Source of the DNA: Scyliorhinus canicula
Taxonomy: Eukaryota
Direction of reading: 5' to 3'
Length of the DNA: 44,468 nucleotides
NCBI RefSeq assembly: GCF_902713615.1
Contig: NW_024055461.1
Span: 4,164,940 to 4,209,407 of the forward strand
The stretch's first letter is position 1; each line of letters opens with the position of its first letter. Under the pieces are notes generated by a model. The model was not told the origin of the DNA. It did no database searches and saw nothing but the letters and a program-made list of their open reading frames with translations. Made by a program: the position numbers and the translations under genes. Positions 1 to 12,403 of this stretch are shown here, in pieces.

Positions 1-1469
1 GTGGGAGCTTGCTGTGCGCAAATTCTCCGCTCTGTTTCCAACATTACTGCAGTGACTAAATTCAGCAAAAATATATCACTGAGTTCTAAGGGCGTTGGGA
101 TGACCTGAGGTCGGGTAAAGCGTTTTACAAAAGCAAGCTCTTTCCAACTGTTTACATTTTAAAATGCAAGTTGCAATTGTCAAAAGATCTGAGATTAATG
201 TGTCTATTGATCTCTCCTCTGCCTGATGTTTTGAGTTATCCACTTTAAATTGGTTAATATTTCAATCAAATTAACATTCAGTGGAAACGAGCTGGTTAGA
301 TATGCTTTATTAATTGAGGCTTCATAACTTTCAGAATGAATACTTATTTTAAATGTATTTTTTCTTTCAATTAAGTAACATCTGTTCTAATGGAAGTTTC
401 TATTCATTTTAACCAACTGTCAATATTCTTAAAATACACCTCTATTTTTAGTTGAAACTAATCAATACGTGATTGTGTTTATTTCGTTTTGCTGAAATGA
501 ACACTTCATTGTGACCAGTGAGGTGTTTATGTAAATAAACACAAAAATAGAAGTCCCAGTTTTGATTTTGGACTGAGAAAAACAAAGCAAATGTTTCCCC
601 ATCAACACAGCACAGAAATAGAGCCACCGACACAAATAGATCAACGGATTCCAGTAATGATCGTTTTTCGACATTTTTTATGCATCAGTTATATGAGAAA
701 AATGTCATGATGATATCCATGTTCAGAATTAGGAATGATTCCCTCTAATCTCTAAATGTAAGGACATGTGAAATGTGTTCGTAGAGTTTTCTTGTATCCT
801 ATCTCCCTCTGTGTGTTTCTCCTAACTGCTTCTGCCTCATGTCTCTCCACGATGGGTCATTGTGTTTAATCGACAAAATGAAGTCAACATGTGGCCAATA
901 CATTCTCACAGCCCGATCTCACCCCGTTGGCTTACAACTAGATGGATTGAATTCAATGAATTGGAATACATAGAGGGATTTAACTCTAAATTGTCGTTGG
1001 AGCAGTCAATGACCTTGGAGTGTTTAATGAGAACTGCAGAGACAATTTTATTCTGTATCTAATTTGGACTGCATATGGTGGCGAGGATTTGAGGTGAGAG
1101 GGCCGGAGAATCTTTCCTTTTACTTCACCAAGCTGCCGTGACCTTCGAGCATTTGATTGCCCAGGGTAGAGCAAGCTTTACTTGCATGTCACCTGCACTG
1201 AATCTGCCCTGTGAGTGTTTGACATGACTGCACAGGAAGATTTACTCCGTATCTGAACTATGCTGTACCTGACCTGGATGTGTTTGATGGAAAAATGACC
1301 AGGTTTCTTTGCCCAGTAAATGCACAGGTTTCTTTACCCCACTGTCAACCTGTCTTGGGGATCTCTGAGGAAGAGTGCAGAAGAGATTTTACCTGGCATA
1401 GAACCCTTGATTTCCAGACCTTTAATGTGTTTAAGCGAGTTATGTAGAGGGAATTTCATTCTATATAAT

Positions 1470-1636
1470 AATAGCTTATTGTCACAAGTAGGCTTCAATG
1501 AAGTTACTGTGAAAAGCCCCTAGTCGACACATTCCGGTGCCTGTTCGGGGAGCCCGGTATTGGAATTGAGCCCACGCTGATGGCATTGTTCTGCATTGCA
1601 AGCCAGCTATTTACCCCACTGTGCTAAACCAGCCCC
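1470..1636 (-). mobile_element. tRNA-headed SINE, family A copy 1
   Basis: Near-identical to 2195-2379 and 33441-33592 (ttcaatgaagttactgtgaaaagcccctagtcg...gaaccgtgctgctgg...ctaaaccagcccc); B-box-like GGTTCGATTCC read on the minus strand in the better-preserved copies. Confidence 0.75.
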
Positions 1637-1638
1637 GC

Positions 1639-1870
1639 TTACAATCGGCAGCTGCACTGGGAATGTTTAATGGGGGCAGTGTGATTGAAGAAGTCCTGGC
1701 GAAGTTTTGTCTTCAACCACTGATCCAACTGTCCTGCGAGTGTTTGAAGGGACAGTAGGCCCTGCCTCTGTATTGTACCTGGCCGTGAACCCGTCTCTGT
1801 TTGTGTTATACTACCTCGTACCTGTGTCAGTTTATATTCAATAAGGACACTTTTATATTTGTTCATATAA
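1639..1870 (-). mobile_element. Decayed LINE 3' fragment (Rex1/Babar-like)
   Basis: Minus ORF ends LKTKLRQDFFNHTAPI, resembling the RT C-terminal 'RFKNSFFP' motif; short and degenerate. Confidence 0.35.
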
Positions 1871-1884
1871 AACTAGGCCACCAA

Positions 1885-2030
1885 TTCGAGGATTGTCTTG
1901 ATCAATAAGGAGTTCAGGGGTTATTGGGAGAAGGCAGGAGAATGGGGATGAGGAACATATCGGCCATGATTTAATGCCAGAGCAGCCTCTATGGGTCGAA
2001 TAGCCTAATTCTGCTCCTATATCCTATGGA
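1885..2030 (+). mobile_element. CR1-type LINE 3' end
   Basis: gggagaaggcaggagaatggggatgagg...gaatagcctaattctgctcctatatcctatg matches the CR1 3' tail that recurs at 7320-7420, 40500-40915 and (minus) 42735-43030. Confidence 0.7.
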
Positions 2031-2194
2031 GTAATGGACCCTGTTGGCTCTGTTCAGATTAACCTAGAACCTAACTCTGTTTCTATTCATTTAAACCTCT
2101 CTGTATTACATTAGGTACAGCCTCAGTTCTTCACTGGGCCATGTCTCTGTTCATATTAATTTGGACCCGGCCTCAGTCATTGATGCAGTAGAGC

Positions 2195-2379
2195 ATGAAA
2201 TGAAAATGAAAATCGCTTATTGTCACAAGTAGGCATCAATGAAGTTACTGTGAAAAGCCCCTAGTCGCCACATTCCGGCGCCTGTCCGGGGAGGCTGGTA
2301 CGGGAATCGAACCGTGCTGCTGGCCTGCTTGGTCTGCTTTAAAAGCCAGCGATTTAGCCTGGTGAGCTAAACCAGCCCC
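2195..2379 (-). mobile_element. tRNA-headed SINE, family A copy 2
   Basis: Complete copy with an (atgaaa)n microsatellite tail; same sequence as 1470-1636. Confidence 0.8.
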
Positions 2380-2699
2380 TGCATGCACAGTAATGTGGAA
2401 AATGGCTGGGGAGGAAATTGTGAAGATAAAAAAAAACTGAGGGAACAGTAATAATGTAAAATTCTTTGGCGAGCAATGCTAATATATGTCCAGATAAACG
2501 TCATAATCTGTCTTGTCAGCACCCTAGATGGAGGCACATAGAACCGCAGATCTCTCTGATGTTCTTGCAGCCAATTCAAATTGTACAACGGAACTTCTAT
2601 TGCCTGAGCCTAGTGCAATAAACGAAGGGAATGGAATAGTTGTAATTGTGCAACATAAACGATATGTTTCAAATGATGTAATAGGACCTTGGCTTCACC

Positions 2700-3930
2700 A
2701 GTAACGTCAGAATGTGGTGTTGAGCCCTCTTACTGAACCATTGCATTGATATTGAGTAAGTACACCCACAGTGCTGAAAGGAAGGGAGTTGCAGGATTTT
2801 GACCAGTGACGGCGAAGGAACAGAGACATAGTTCCCGTCAAGATGGTGTGTGGCTTGGCGGGAACTTGCAGGTCCTGCTGTTACAATGAATCTGCCGGGC
2901 CTGTTCCTTTTAGATTGCTGAGTTCGTGGGTTTTCAAGGTGCTATAGAAGAGGCAGTTGCTGCAGTAGATCCTTGTATATCGTTCAAGAATTGTACACCC
3001 GTGATTCAGGGAGTGAATATTTAAGCTGGTGGATGGGGTGTTCGTCGAGACGGCTGCTTTGTCCAGGATGGCGTCGCGATTCTCGAAATTGCTTGAGGAA
3101 CACATTTCAGACAAATGGAAAACATTCAATTAAACTCCTGACTTCTGCCGTATAGATGATGGATAGGATTTGGGAAGTCAGGAGGTGAGATACTCACCGC
3201 AGAATTTCCAGCCACTGACCTGCTCTTGCAGCAATATTATTTAAAAGGTTCTTCCAATTCAGTTTTTAATCAATGATAATCCAGAGGATGTTTATAGTGG
3301 GGGATTACATCGCGGTAGTGTCATTTAAAATCCAGGGGAGATGGTTAGCATCTCCCTTTTTGGGATGGACATTCCCTGACACTTGTCAGCCCAAGCCTGA
3401 ATGTTGTCCAAGTCTTGTTACATATGAAGACAGACTGCTTCAGTATTTGAGGAACGGAATATGGTGCAGAACATTGGGTAATCATCAACGAACATTCCCA
3501 CTTCTGACCTTATGATGAAGGGTGAGGCTAGGGCCGGGGGCACTATGCTAGGACACTATACGTTACAGGATGCTCCTTGACACTTTTCATGAAGTTGCTG
3601 ATGACCGAGTGCGGACTGATAGGCCAATAATTGGCCGGGTTGGATTTTTCCTGCCTTTTGTGGACGGGTCATGTTTGGCAATGTTACACATTGTTGTGTA
3701 CATGCCAGTGCTGTACCTGCATTGGAGCAACTTGTCTGGGGCGCAGTCAGTTCTGCAGCACAAATCTTCAGTCTTGTTGCTGGAATGCTGCCAGGAATAG
3801 TAACATTAGCAGCGCCGTCAGCCGTTTCTTGATATCGTGTGGAATTAATCAAATTTGCTGAAGACTGACATCCATGATGATGCAGACCACCGGAGGCCGA
3901 GATGGATCATCCTCTCGGCACCTCTGGCAG
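2700..3930 (-). mobile_element. Degenerate CR1/L2-clade LINE fragments
   Basis: Shares blocks (cacagtgctg...gggagttgcaggattttgacc...gaaggaac) with 6480-7190 and 15865-16100 and is antisense to the LINE at 17740-18955; frames are broken. Confidence 0.6.
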
Positions 3931-4039
3931 AAACTTTCAGTCTTGTTTTTTGCACTGATGTGCTGGGCTCCACCATAATTGAAGAGGGGGATTTTATTGA
4001 GGCTCCTATTCCAGCATTTTGTTTATTTGTTTATTACTA

Positions 4040-4720
4040 TTCAGGACTGGAAGTGGCACAACTGCAAAGGCAGATCCAAAACATTGAAAATTGGATCACA
4101 GTGATTATGTGGCGTACGCATTGAGATGTACTGGCAGTATTAATTGACACAGAGTGTCGTGTATTATAAACAAAGACAGAGTCTAGTCTAACAAAAATAC
4201 AGATGGAGTCCAATTTAAAATTAACAGAGACGGGGATCACTGCATTAATTATTCAGTTAATGTCCGCTTCATTTATCGTCAGGCATCTCGATGTAAATGC
4301 CATCTGCTGGCCAAACTTTGCAATTGCAGTTACTGTGAAATGTCACTGTCAGGTATGATCCATGATGATGATGTATCACTAATCCTTTTTCCACAAACGT
4401 AATACCACATCGCCTTCTGCGGGAGATGCCAAAATATAAGGTGTAACTAATTGCAGGTGTCGATGGCTGATTATCCCACATTGAGATCAGAAACAGAGCA
4501 AAGCGGCTCAATTCCTGGTCATGCATTTTTGTTCACCTTTGTTAAATAGAGGAATGTTTTCCTGGGCGCTGTATGGAGTCCATACGAAATGTAACATTCA
4601 TCTAACAAACATAGTGTTGGGGAGAGTTTATTGATTCACTATACCACCTGGAAAATGGTTGGGATCAATGTCTCCGAAGCTTCCCAGGAAGTTAACATGG
4701 GATTTTAATTTTAATGGGGA
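4040..4720 (-). mobile_element. Old LINE RT C-terminal relic (L2-like)
   Basis: Minus-strand peptide HVNFLGSFGDIDPN resembles the RT 'KFLGV.ID' motif; many stops. Confidence 0.35.
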
Positions 4721-6479
4721 AATGTGGGTGTGCGTGTAACACAGAGGGAATACGTGCGTGGGAGACTGTGTGTGTGTGCCTGTGTTTGTGTGACACACAT
4801 GTTGCATGTGTTTCACACAACTAAATTTCACAAAGGTCACGACATCCTTCTATTTCCAATAGATGAACCGCAAATATTTCCACAAATGTAGCACATGAAG
4901 CTCCCAATTGTCGTTCTGGGTTGTCATTTTCTCGGTTTGTTTCTATTTCAAAGCTGCTAAATCCACTGGTCCTGGTGGCTCACACCAGCCCACCGGACGT
5001 GTCGCCATTTTTTCAGTTTGCAGCTGGTGACACCCAGTTGCGATGATCAATATTTAGGTTTAAGGACATTATGTCACACTTGAAAGAATCCTTGAAGTGG
5101 AATATCGGCCTTCCCACTGGGTGCGTGGCTCCGGCTATTTCGCAAAGAGGAAATTCCTTGGTCGTGTGACCATGGCCGATTTAGGGACCACACTGGAAAT
5201 GTGCAATCCACCTTTTTTTATCTTGGAGAGACTTGGATGCTCTGTCTTTGAGAGAACTGCCGCATTTCTGATTGTTTCCGGCCAGTAAATATCCACAATG
5301 CATTGCGGATGACAAAGATGACATTGGTTGAGCTATTTTTCTTCACAGGTGCAGGTGTTCCTTGTTTCACAGCCAGACAACAGGGTTCTGAGAGTTCAGG
5401 CCTTATAAACCATCAGCTTGTTCCAATGGGTCAGCTTGATGTTATTCCATGGGCATTCAATGAGTAAAACAAAGGTCGTAACTGTTTTTCCCCATGAATT
5501 ACATTCTACATCAAGGCAGTCTCTCACCATGGAAACTCGGGAGCAGAATCTGCTCACCGGCTCTTATTTAGTGTGACCACAGCGAAAGTGCAACACCTTG
5601 ACCCACAACTACGATTTTCCTCATGCTATGGTAAGGAAGACAAGATACAGGCACCGAGGACACAGTCCATGAGTCTCTGAATATGTTGTTTTGTTTTGAT
5701 GATCGAATTTTCAGCGTAGAGGAATTCTCTGATGAGGATGTATTGTGATTATGTCTCCGTTTTGATGACTAAGAGGTTGCAGAGGTTACAGCCTGACCGA
5801 GTGTGTTAGTGGATTTTATTCTTGTCTTCGGGTAAGGCGAAGATCAGCAGCATGGAGAGGAAGCTGCCGAATAGAGGTGGGTGTGGGACATGGTCCTCTT
5901 TCACTCAATTATTCACTTAGAATCTGTCGGAAGTGGAATGATCACTCTGTCCCCGTGCAGTGCATTTTACCATGGAAGGAGTGAATGCGACAGGGGAGCT
6001 TCAGCAGTCAGCCAATTTCCCCCAAATCATATAGCCCCGACTCTGTGGACAGTGTCGAATATTTATCGAGATTGACGAAAGTAAGGTGAAGAGGTAGGCA
6101 TGTGGCAGAGGGAGCAGATCATGTCCAGAGTAAACCTTGTGATGCAAACACAGCACCATTCTTCCAGCAACATTTGGCCTGAAAGCAGATGAAGTGTTTA
6201 AAGTATGACCATTGGAAAGGCCTTCCCAGTGCTGCTATAAGTGAGATATGTCACTAGTTGCTGCAGTCTCCTCTGTCCACTTTATTTTCAGATATTGGTT
6301 ATGATTTTGCATCATGAATCTCATGTGGGATGGGTTATATCTTCCAGGAAAGAAGGCGTTGGTCATAAATGTTCAGAAACATAGCAATAATATTCACCAA
6401 TTTTCGTTCATTTATAAATATAAATAATTAGATTCACAAATTGCTATCGTTCCATAAAGTACAGTTTTAAATTAAGTTA

Positions 6480-7190
6480 TACGGTGTGGCTGTCGAGGGC
6501 TCAGCCATGACTTATTGTCCATCGCTAATTGCCTTTCACAAAGAGGCGGTGAACTGCTTGTTTGAACCTCTGCAGTCACTCTGGTGTAGAGACACCGACG
6601 ATGCTGTTAGGGAGGCAGTTGTAGGTTTTTGAATCAGCGACACTGAAGATTCTGTGATATATTTCCAAGTCAGGATATTGAGTGATCTGGAGGGGAATTT
6701 CCAGGTGGTCATCTTCCCATGTGTCTGCTGCCTTTTCCTTCTGGAAGGTAATGGTCCTGGGTTTAGAAAGTGTTTCAAGGGAGACTTGCTGCGCTCCTGC
6801 AGCTCATCTTGTGGATGGTACATGATTGCCATTGTTAGTCGGTGGTGGATGGAATGAGTGTTTGCACATGGGGTGACAATCAAGCGGAGCTGCTTTGGCC
6901 TGGAAGGTGTCAGAGTATTCAACAGTCCTGACTTGTGCCTTGCAGATGGTGAACAGGCTTTCGGAATCAGGAGGTGAGGTGCTCGCTGCAGGCTTCCGAG
7001 ACGCTGACCGGATCTTGTAGCCTCAGCATTTATATGGTTAGTCCAGTACCGTTTCTGGTCAATAGTAACCCCAGTGTATTGATCGTGCGGGATTCAGCGA
7101 TGGCAATATCTGTCAATATCAAGTGGCGATGGTGAGATTCTATTTTGCTGGAGATGGTCATTGTTTAGCAATTCCGCGGCGAATATTACC
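6480..7190 (-). mobile_element. LINE 3' region, same family as 2700-3930
   Basis: Direct similarity to 2750-2880 and 15865-16100. Confidence 0.65.
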
Positions 7191-8247
7191 AATTGTCACA
7201 ATTCACAAAGTTAAATGATGATATTAATCAATTATCATCAACTCACAACATAAAACGTTATATTCACCAATTATGATCCACACTTTTTTTTACAAACTGT
7301 AAATACAATTCATTTAAGGGAGGTGGATTTGAGACCAGGAAGAGATCAGCCATGATGATTGAATGGCGGAGCAGGCTCAAAGGGCTGAAATGCCTACTTC
7401 CGCTCCTAATTCCTATAGTCACATGTTCAACATAATTTATTTGAGATAGGATTGACTATTCTGTCACCGAGTAGTCACATCTGCATCAGAATTCAATGTG
7501 AAATGGAATTAAACCAGACCGAGGATTATGTGCAGCTACCCAGCAACCTCTGCGCTGTTTGGTCAGTCATCTCCTCATCGTCACACAGAATCTCCAGACT
7601 GGAGTGTGAGATGATTTTTAAAGTGTCGGTAGAAATGAAAATGTCTGTACCCAATGTGACGCTGATGAATCTTTGAATCCCAGTATGTTATTACAATGAT
7701 TTGGAAACTAATTCAACGTCTGCAGCTGTCCACTGAGTTTCACAGTATTTCAGCTTTCACATTAATGTGTTTTCAGTCTGGTGTTTTCATTAATTTGGGT
7801 GAGGACATCTTGAGTGACTTATTGTACATGAAATTACCACCTGTTCCAAATATTACAACCGTCCCCCCTCAACGTCATCATGTTCCTGCTTTCTGTCTTT
7901 GAGATGAAGATTCGCCATCAGCAGAGAAGAATCACCAGAACAGCAGGATATCTCAAGTTTCCTCTTAGTGACGTCCATCTCATCAGTTCCCGATAGTCTG
8001 GGGATGGAATTTACCCAGAAAAGCTTGAGCCACCGAATGCATTATGCTGACACAAATTATAAAGGGCCTGATTTAATTTGTGAAGTCATCAAGCACAAAA
8101 CTGAGAATGTAGAACAGCATCTTTCAGGACCATCTATCCATGCATCCATCAAACCCATTCACCGATTCCACAATCAAAATATTCAGGCATCTAACAAACA
8201 TCCATCCCTACATCAAAGCAATAATCCCTTTATCTTTTGGGTCGGTA

Positions 8248-8600
8248 GTGGGGGAGTATTAATGACATTGAACCAATAATCCAAAGGCCCGGGCTAATTC
8301 TGTGGGGGCTTGGGTACAAATCCCACCATGGCCGGTGGGGGAATTTGAGTTCAGTTAATAAATCCGGAATACATACTAATGGTCACCATGAAACCCCCTC
8401 TGCTTCACTAATGAAGGAAATCTGACATTCCTCCCTGGTCTCACATACATGTGGCTCCAGTCAGACAGCAACATGTCTGACTCTTCAGTTCCTTCTGAGC
8501 TGGCCCAGCAAACCACTCAGTTCAACAGCAATTAGGGACAGGGAACACATGGTGGTCTTGACAGTGGCTCCCACATTCCATGGAAGAATAAAGGGAAAAA
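8248..8600 (+). mobile_element. tRNA-headed SINE sharing its 3' tail with the LINE at 17740-18955
   Basis: Degenerate B-box (gggtacaaatcccacc), body, and tail caattagggacagggaacacatggtggtc...aataaagggaaaaa resembling 18895-18950. Confidence 0.55.
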
Positions 8601-9303
8601 TACGTAAATGTACATGTTTATCTATTACAAAATGTAGCCCCTGTCTGATAGTCTGTTTTTATTCCTATCCACCATCACAATGTTATGAGATGTGGGAGAG
8701 ATACTCCAGCCGGCAATTGCCACGATTGGTCAGAGAAGCTGGATAACTCTCTTTTCCTTAGAGATGGGAACAGTTCAAATAGGTTCACAATTTAAAACAT
8801 AAAAAGATCTCCAGTACTGTTGCTGGGTAGATTTGTTTATAAATAGTCCTCATTGACAATGTTAAGAGTTTGAAGTTGGCTAGCAGCCAAGCGGTCAGTA
8901 CTGAGCAAACAGATCTTTGAAAAAAAAATACAGATGTTTCCTGTAAACAACATTGAACATTCGAGCCTCCCTGACTGCAGGCGGCTGGATTGCTGCCAAA
9001 TACTGTGTGGGGCAGATTAACCTGAATATGAATGGATTAAATGGGATTTATCCATTCAAACAATAAATGTTTTAGTCGCACATGAAGTGAACGTTTTAAA
9101 TGGTATTCCATGCAAAGAAATATATTCACTGAATGTTTTGTTCACTATGAGATTAAACATTATCGGAAAATAGTAACCTGACCAGATGCTATTTAATTTA
9201 TATTAGTTATGATTAAAGATCACTCTAGTTATTAAAGTCCGTTTGTTGAGAACCGAATGAAGTGAGAGAGTGATTGGCGTTGATGGACACAATCTACAAG
9301 TTC

Positions 9304-9381
9304 AATAAGATGACTCCAATTCCAAAAAATAAAATAAAATGAAATAAGATGACTCCAATTCCAAAAAATAAAATAAAATGA
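9304..9381 (+). repeat. Perfect 39-bp tandem duplication
   Basis: aataagatgactccaattccaaaaaataaaataaaatga occurs twice back to back. Confidence 0.95.
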
Positions 9382-9399
9382 AATAGTGTCCTAATAAAA

Positions 9400-9527
9400 G
9401 TAAGGTTAGGGGGGGGGGTTACGGGTATAGTGTGGATACGTGTGTTTGAGTAGGGTGATCATGACTCGGCACAACATTGAGGGCCGAAGGGCCTGTTCTG
9501 TGCTGTACTGTTCTATGTTCTATGTTA
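9400..9527 (+). mobile_element. HE1-like SINE 3' fragment
   Basis: gagtagggtgatcatg...gagggccgaagggcctgttctgtgctgtactgttctatgttctatg tail. Confidence 0.6.
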
Positions 9528-10554
9528 AAAGTAAATAAACTGCATTGAACTCGGGGGGATTCCTGGAATATTCTCCGAGTTGTTGATCTCCGTTAAACGG
9601 AGGCGTCTCTTATACCCGATTAACACCGTGTTCTGTACAGTTTAATTTGTGCTGATTTCCATTATTTAACAGTCCCTCTCATTGCTTCCAATAAGTGGAG
9701 AAATGACCAGTTCATGGCCTGCTTCAGTGGAAGATAAAACATTTATTCTTGAAGTATTGTTTAATTTGCCGCAAATTCCTGATATCCTGTGTTCCCAACA
9801 CCAGTGAATGTTAGACAGCCGGTGGTCAGTCAAATTAGCGGCAATGATTTGGATGCTAAAGCATAACTTTACTGATCGCCGCGTCCGTTCCGATTCATTA
9901 ACTTATCTGTCAAAAGCTGGTGTGAATTTTATGTTTCTCTGTCAACTCACTGCTGAATTATCAGGCAAGCGGCTTCTTTCACCGCTAATGTTCACAGGAC
10001 TGTCTGAGATTCAGGGACAGTTCGAGAAATGGAAAGAGAGACATTGTGTAATTTGAGAGTTTCTTCTTGTCGACAGACCCACATTGTACAGTGATGACCA
10101 TCCGCACTGCAAATGTAATCACGTCATTCATTCCCTCATTTAGTTACATTTCGTCAGCTAAATTATACTTTATTGTTGTTATGGGATAGAGACCAAGAGT
10201 GTTGCAAATCAGACAGACGGACGATTTATTCCCTGATAATGCAATTTAATCTGTTTATGTTCATCCTTTTATATTGCAGTGTAGAAATAAAGAGACTTCA
10301 TATATAATGGAATTTAATTTTACTTAGAGATGCTCAAATATAATTTTCCATTCGGAAGAGAATAGACATTACAATGAATACATACAGCCAAACAAATATA
10401 CCGATACCGATCTAATGTCTTTTTTAAATAATATCCTATAGTAAATCTCTGAGTCCATTCTGTTGGGGGTGTGGAAGGTGGGCCATGGATCCAGTCACCG
10501 CCTCCACCAGGGAATCAACAGGCGGCGCCTGGAAAGCCGCCCCCTTCTGTCGGG

Positions 10555-10563
10555 TATTTAAAT
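10555..10563 (+). promoter_or_regulatory. TATA-like box of the VH promoter (TATTTAAAT)
   Basis: 87 nt upstream of the first leader ATG; no canonical ATGCAAAT seen nearby. Confidence 0.6.
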
Positions 10564-10641
10564 GCCGCTCACTGGGACCCGAATCCAACAGTCCGGGAGC
10601 TGGTTTGTTCACTGAGTTCCTGACACAACCATTTCCCCCAA

Positions 10642-10699
10642 ATGACCAGAAGGATGAGGTGGGCCATTTCTCTCAGTTTGTTGCTGACTTTCTTATCCC
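10642..10699 (+). CDS. IGHV: IgH leader exon, (MTRR)MRWAISLSLLLTFLS
   Basis: In-frame ATGs at 10642 and 10654, hydrophobic core, phase-1 donor GTGAGT at 10700 matching the V-exon acceptor. Confidence 0.92.
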
Positions 10700-10825
10700 G
10701 TGAGTAGTTTTTATTGTCCAAGTCTCTCACTGTTACTGTCTCAGTGTTAGTCTCTATGGAATGTTCCAGAGTCACCAATCATTTCACCAGCATTAATCCT
10801 CGGGCTTTTTGATATATTTTTACAG

Positions 10826-11130
10826 GTGTCCAGTCGGATGTTGTGTTGACTCAGCCAGAGGCAGAGACCGGGCGTCCCGGAGGCTCCCTGACACTGACCT
10901 GTAAATCCAGCGGCTTCAATCTCGGCAGCTACTACATGGCCTGGATCCGCCAGGTTCCCGGGCAGGGGCTGGAGTGGCTGGTTAGCTACTACGATTCATC
11001 TAGCAACTACTACGCCCCAGCAATTAAAGATCGATTTACTGCGTCCAAAGACACTTCGAACAACATCTTCTCTTTGGCCATGAGGAGCCTGAAGACCGAA
11101 GACACCGCCATCTATTACTGTGCAAGAGAC
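10826..11130 (+). CDS. IGHV: VH exon ([26 protein letters not shown]...[13 protein letters not shown]...[11 protein letters not shown])
   Basis: Acceptor tttttacag at 10825; conserved Cys, Trp and YYC motif; open frame; followed directly by an RSS. Confidence 0.98.
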
Positions 11131-11169
11131 CACAGCGAGAGGAACCAGGGCTGGACCCGCACAAGAACA
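11131..11169 (+). other. VH 3' RSS, 23-bp spacer
   Basis: CACAGCG (11131-37) + 23 nt + ACAAGAACA (11161-69). Confidence 0.95.
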
Positions 11170-11539
11170 GCTCGAGAGGGAATTCAGCAACTTGCAGCTT
11201 AACCTGAAGGTCAGCACTTGATTCAAATCTAATATTAATGTCAGTGATCAGAGTCATTGCACACGCTGCTTCTTACATAACTCACATAGAGAAAACTAAA
11301 CAATGAAACCGAACAAACCAATCAATCAAATAGGATGAGCTTTTGTCTGTTTATATTTACTGTTCACAGTTTCAGCAATTAGAGACTTGGCTATAATCCT
11401 GGTTTTATTATTTCGGATTCTTGGAGAAAGCGTATGTACATTGGGTTTTATAAACTGCTGTCAAATTGTAAATTAGGTCAGAAGTAAACGTGTATTTGAA
11501 GTGAATATTGAGCGGCAGGACTGAACAGAGAGTGGGTGC

Positions 11540-11567
11540 AGTTTTTGTGCGGGTGTCTGTCACTGTG
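11540..11567 (-). other. D1 5' RSS, 12-bp spacer
   Basis: AGTTTTTGT (11540-48) + 12 nt + CACTGTG (11561-67). Confidence 0.97.
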
Positions 11568-11579
11568 ACTACAGGGGGT
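11568..11579 (+). CDS. Diversity segment D1, ACTACAGGGGGT
   Basis: Between two heptamers; all three forward frames open (TTGG / LQG / YRG). Confidence 0.95.
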
Positions 11580-11617
11580 CACAGTGCTGTGCACAGCGAC
11601 ATCTTCATACAAAAACC
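11580..11617 (+). other. D1 3' RSS, 22-bp spacer
   Basis: CACAGTG (11580-86) + 22 nt + ACAAAAACC (11609-17); the 12/22 arrangement is the known shark D1 pattern. Confidence 0.97.
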
Positions 11618-11928
11618 TCAGTGATAGAGTTTGTTCAAATTGGTGATCAGCGCCACAGCAGGATTGTCAATGTAAATGAATTTTAAATAAAACAACGTTT
11701 GGAAGTAATATTAGTTTGCAAAAAGGTATAAAAATTTTCCACTTTATCACTGTTCGCCGACTCGCTAAATCTGTACAGAGGGTTTAAAAGTGTTCGGATC
11801 CTCTTTATAAATGTAATGACCAGGACAAGCTGAAATAACTCATCCATTCGCTCTTGGAAGAGACAGAGTTAGTTTTTTGAGGGAGCAGTGAAATTAAATC
11901 TCTGTATTTACAGTTAACAGTCTGCCGC

Positions 11929-11956
11929 AGTATTTGACACGCTGTGTCTCACTGTG
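11929..11956 (-). other. D2 5' RSS, 12-bp spacer
   Basis: AGTATTTGA (11929-37) + 12 nt + CACTGTG (11950-56). Confidence 0.9.
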
Positions 11957-11966
11957 ATAACTGGGA
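11957..11966 (+). CDS. Diversity segment D2, ATAACTGGGA
   Basis: Flanked by 12/12 RSSs; one frame has TAA. Confidence 0.93.
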
Positions 11967-11994
11967 CACAGCAGTTACTGTCAATACAAAAAGC
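11967..11994 (+). other. D2 3' RSS, 12-bp spacer
   Basis: CACAGCA (11967-73) + 12 nt + ACAAAAAGC (11986-94). Confidence 0.92.
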
Positions 11995-12316
11995 CCCTCA
12001 GCACTAATTAACTGAGGCTGGCTCAGTGCTCGCTTTTACAATCCAACTTTATTCACAGTGAAGCATTAATTATGTCCATCACTGCCTAAGTAATAAGAAT
12101 TAATGTGGAAAACTGGTGGTCGTTATTTAGTCACAGTTGGTGTTTTCAATTACATTTCCATGTCTGTGAAATATAAAACATTCGGTCATTTATGAAGAGA
12201 GAACGGTATCCACAAATATTAATATAATTTCCTGAAAAGTAATTGTGGATTCTCTTAGCCGTTGGTTTGTGGATGTTTAAAATAATGCTGGATTTCTGTC
12301 TATTTTATGCAGGTGC

Positions 12317-12355
12317 GGTTATTGTATGGATCTGCCCAGGGAATGTGACACTGTG
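12317..12355 (-). other. JH 5' RSS, 23-bp spacer
   Basis: GGTTATTGT (12317-25) + 23 nt + CACTGTG (12349-55). Confidence 0.96.
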
Positions 12356-12403
12356 ACTACTTCGACTACTGGGGACAGGGGACCATGGTGACGGTGACTG
12401 CAG
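12356..12403 (+). CDS. IGHJ: JH segment, YFDYWGQGTMVTVTA
   Basis: WGxG motif; phase-1 donor GTAAGA at 12404. Confidence 0.98.

Noticed and set aside
4800-6400. Possible decayed L1/Tx1-like segment
   Set aside because: I could not recover an unambiguous RT or endonuclease motif by eye; it needs RepeatMasker or tBLASTx.
9304-9381. 39-bp duplication with the same period as the switch-like unit
   Set aside because: The sequence is unrelated and AT-rich; the matching length is coincidental slippage next to a SINE.
11116-11122. Cryptic TACTGTG heptamer at the VH 3' end (VH-replacement motif)
   Set aside because: It is dictated by the YYC codons, has no matching nonamer, and there is no upstream V donor in this window.
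11592-11617. Second heptamer CACAGCG nested in the D1 3' spacer sharing the same nonamer
   Set aside because: The spacer would be 10 nt, outside the 12+/-1 tolerance.
12301-12355. Splice-acceptor-like tattttatgcag just before the JH RSS
   Set aside because: Read-through in the JH frame meets TGA at 12346-48; there is no evidence for use.
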